Origin: Octopus bimaculoides
Taxonomy: Eukaryota
Reading direction: 5' to 3'
Length of the DNA stretch: 37,903 nucleotides
Assembly: GCF_001194135.2 (NCBI RefSeq)
Contig: NC_068986.1
Span: 68,125,853-68,163,755, forward strand
Shown piece by piece: positions 35,205-37,903 of this stretch; the first letter of the stretch is position 1; every line of letters starts with the position of its first letter. The notes beneath the pieces were generated by a model. It was given only the letters and a program-made list of their open reading frames with translations. It ran no database searches and was not told the DNA's origin. Position numbers and translations under genes: made by a program.

Positions 35205-36502
35205 AAATAAATAAATTCAATTTTTAATCACTCGGACACATTAATATAATTTTACTCAAATACTCTAATAGAGCAAGAAGATAGAAGATGTATTTTTGTA
35301 ATGGCTTTATGTAAGTAAGCTTCCTAATTATATGCCCCTGCGAAACTATAAAATCATGTATGGAATAGCACCCGTAACTTTGCAACTTATAAAGTACCTC
35401 TTCGGTTTGAATACCCCCAACTGCCCTCACTACTTCCATACTTATTGCTTGTTCTCTGAGGTTATCTTTATCTCTCCCCTACCTCAGATTTTAATATTCT
35501 GTCTCTTTAAAATGTAAGTTATATATATTTTCTTACTATTCTCTATAATTTCTTATTATTTACTTTTCTTATTTTGATATCTTTACCTATTAAACTCTTA
35601 TCCCTTATAAGTTGTTACGGTTCTTAAACAGAGATGTAAACTTTCTAGTTACTTAAATCTATGAGAGTTAATGATAATATATCCATAATGACGTATAAAT
35701 ATTTGTGTATATTTGCATGTGCGCACATAAATAAATATTTGTGTATATCTTGACACAACTTTTATTTTTTCCGATTTTTTTTTCTGATTCTTAGCGTATA
35801 ATTAATATATAAATAGCATGGTTTATCACCCCAGTATTCCATAAGTAAATACCCAGAGCAGTCTTTATAGAAACCACCGAATAAGTAAATAATTAAGTAC
35901 ATGAATGAATATTAAACTAATTCTATGTAATCTTCCCTTTCTAATGTTGAAAATTGGTGTATATACACATTTTATCTATTATGGTTATATCATTTTTGAT
36001 AATCTTAAATTTTACCTTTATACAGCATAACAATATCGTTTATAAACAATCACCCATAGTACCCCATGATAAAATTTTCTCTGTATTAACATCATAGGCT
36101 TTATTAGCGTCTTGCTCCTTTAACTGGTAATTAATATCTTGATTTGAGGTCTTCCTCTACCCAGCCTCCTTTATAGACAGTTACTTTATACTTCTCCTAA
36201 AATCTTGACAATATTTATGAGCATACCCAGCTATGTGCAGTTTATTCACTCCTGCTCTCCATTCTAAACAGACGCAGTGCTCTAGTCTTAGATTCAGTAG
36301 TTGATAAAAAGACTAATAAATTAAAAATGAACCACAATCCTTTACAAGCTCTAACTTCAACAAACTTCATACATTTCTTGAAGTGTAGTATATTCTTAGC
36401 TACATTAGTGGCAACATGGATTCTTTCCATCTTCTTGCTCTATTAGAGTATTTGAGTAAAATTATATTAATGTGTCCGACTGACTAAAAATTCTATTTAT
36501 CT

Positions 36503-36590
36503 ATGCAGCTGAGGATAGCCCTCCATTTAAATTGATGTAATGGTGACATTGTTCAATTAAATGCAGCCGCTTGAAACGGTCGCACTGCAT
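36503..36590 (+). ncRNA. Type I hammerhead motif, probably inactive (GCA instead of GUA)
   Basis: ATGCAG-CTGAGGA-TAGC..GCTT-GAAA-C-GGTC-G-CA-CTGCAT. Confidence 0.7.
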
Positions 36591-36667
36591 CACCTCTTGA
36601 TATCCTGTTACTTAGAAAATTACTATTTTTAAATCTCACAACGAGAAATATTCAGCAATAGTACTTT

Positions 36668-36913
36668 GGAGTAAAGATTTTTGTCAACATAATATGGCAG
36701 TCCTGGTTTAGGACGAATTTTGCTGTAATTTAGCCCCAGAAGACATCGTCTCCAGCTGGCTATAAAAAACACGATCTGTGTCCTTGTTCGAAAATATAAG
36801 GACACAGATCGTGTCGTACAGCCAGCTGGAACCTATGTCTCCTGGCACTAAATCACAGCAACATTCGTCCTAAACCAGGACTGCCATGTTATGTTGGCAA
36901 AAATCTTTAATCC
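36668..36913. mobile_element. 246-bp fold-back palindrome (MITE-like)
   Basis: Arms 36668-36785 and 36798-36913 are reverse complements (roughly 85-90% by eye) around a 12-nt loop. Confidence 0.8.
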
Positions 36914-37074
36914 TGTTGTTTATTTTGATCTTATTCACCTTACTTTGAGTTGTACGGATAATTCTGCACTGATTTGGTGCTTCAACTTAACTACCTAATT
37001 CAACTGAATCTCAATTATATATATATATATATGTATGTATGTACACGCACACATACATATATAAATATGTGTGT

Positions 37075-37305
37075 GTGTATTTATGCATGAGTGTCTTTGT
37101 ATCTGTATTTGTCCACCCCCACCATCGCTTGAAAACCGATGTTGGTATGTTTAAGTCCCCGCATCTTAGCGGTTCGGTGAAAGAGGCCGATAGAATAAAT
37201 ACTTGGCTTACAAAGAATATGTCCTAGGGTTGAGATTTTCGAATAAAATCTCTTTAAGGTGGTGCTCCAGCATGGCCACAGTCAAATGATTGAAACACGT
37301 AAACG
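37075..37305 (+). mobile_element. SINE family B, 3' half
   Basis: CATCGCTTGAAAACCGATGTTGG..GATAGAATAAATACTTGG..GGTGCTCCAGCATGGCCACAGTCAAATGATTGAAAC. Confidence 0.85.
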
Positions 37306-37307
37306 AT

Positions 37308-37320
37308 GTGTGTGTGTGTG

Positions 37321-37400
<80 letters not shown>
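37308..37400. repeat. (GT)n microsatellite
   Basis: Direct read. Confidence 0.95.
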
Positions 37401-37403
<3 letters not shown>

Positions 37404-37786
37404 TTATAATATCCAAGGTCTAAGAGTAGGAATTCTGTAAGCATCGAGCAGTCTGTGGTAGGTATAAAAAATAACGTTCGGAAACAATAATAATATATTG
37501 GTGTCGATGGTTGTAGGCTTTTCCCATATCGAACTTCGATAAGCTGAAAAAAAAATTTGTAGTTCATGATTAGCAACTTGAGATGTTATGAATGTGAATA
37601 AGAATTCAAAATGAGGGAGAGGAGCAGGTAAAGTCCAGGTTACATATGTTTCCCATCTAGCAGATTCTCTGATGCAATAATAACTCAACAAGAGGTAACT
37701 CGCTGAGGACATAATTTAAAAATTTCAAATTATTATCTTCGTTAAGATTCCTTAACAACAATGTGCCCTTCATATAATTAAGGTAT

Positions 37787-37874
37787 CTTTCGCCTGATGA
37801 CTAGCTAGCTAAGTACGCCTGGTTGAGTGATTATTAGATCAGAAGATCTGCTAGCTAGGAAACACTCCCTGAAA
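37787..37874 (+). ncRNA. Decayed hammerhead motif
   Basis: CTGATGA (37794-37800), perfect 9-bp stem II CTAGCTAGC/GCTAGCTAG and GAAAC (37859-37863), but no GUH triplet and only a partial stem I. Confidence 0.5.
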
Positions 37875-37903
37875 TTTGTATATATATATATATATATATA
37901 TAT

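Larger units (their letters stand above)
35093..36614. mobile_element. Element bounded by ~190-bp inverted repeats that each carry a hammerhead; probably a deleted PLE with an inverted pLTR
   Basis: 35093-35282 is the reverse complement of 36429-36614 (roughly 85-90% by eye). The ~1.15-kb interior is AT-rich with no long ORF. Confidence 0.7.

Noticed and set aside
37480-37560. Minus-strand FDMGKAY as an RT motif
   Set aside because: A single short motif with no supporting neighbours.
882-37576. Many ORF-track entries rich in HT, CV, YI, poly-L/N/Y or X
   Set aside because: Translations of microsatellites and N-gaps, or antisense frames of SINEs; not proteins.
1-37903. CRISPR arrays, operons or prokaryotic defence systems
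   Set aside because: No regularly spaced repeat-spacer array and no dense coding; the DNA is clearly eukaryotic and repeat-rich.

Overview
This is AT-rich, repeat-dense animal genomic DNA from a gapped draft assembly, with six N-gaps, five of them directly abutting microsatellites. It is most likely octopus, inferred from the tRNA-derived CORE-type SINE families, extreme microsatellite density and TTAGGG repeats. Most ORFs in the supplied track are microsatellite or gap artefacts, and no complete host gene is visible. The window holds more than 25 SINE copies of three families, a 5'-truncated R4/Dong-like RLE LINE, L1/Tx1-like, Gypsy and CR1-like remnants, Helentron-type non-autonomous elements (HINE), a TTAGGG-containing MITE with a 6-bp TSD, a 246-bp fold-back, and several Penelope-like element (PLE) remnants. 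The most notable signal is a set of type I hammerhead ribozyme (HHR) motifs from at least three unrelated sequence families. One has an intact core and a long rod-like stem II and lies downstream of a GIY-YIG remnant (13.8-14.5 kb). Two form an outward-pointing pair inside ~190-bp terminal inverted repeats (35.1-36.6 kb). One is decayed (37.8 kb). A weak candidate two-exon host coding fragment with WSC-like spacing lies at 17.8-18.5 kb. All alignments were made by eye; no searches were run.
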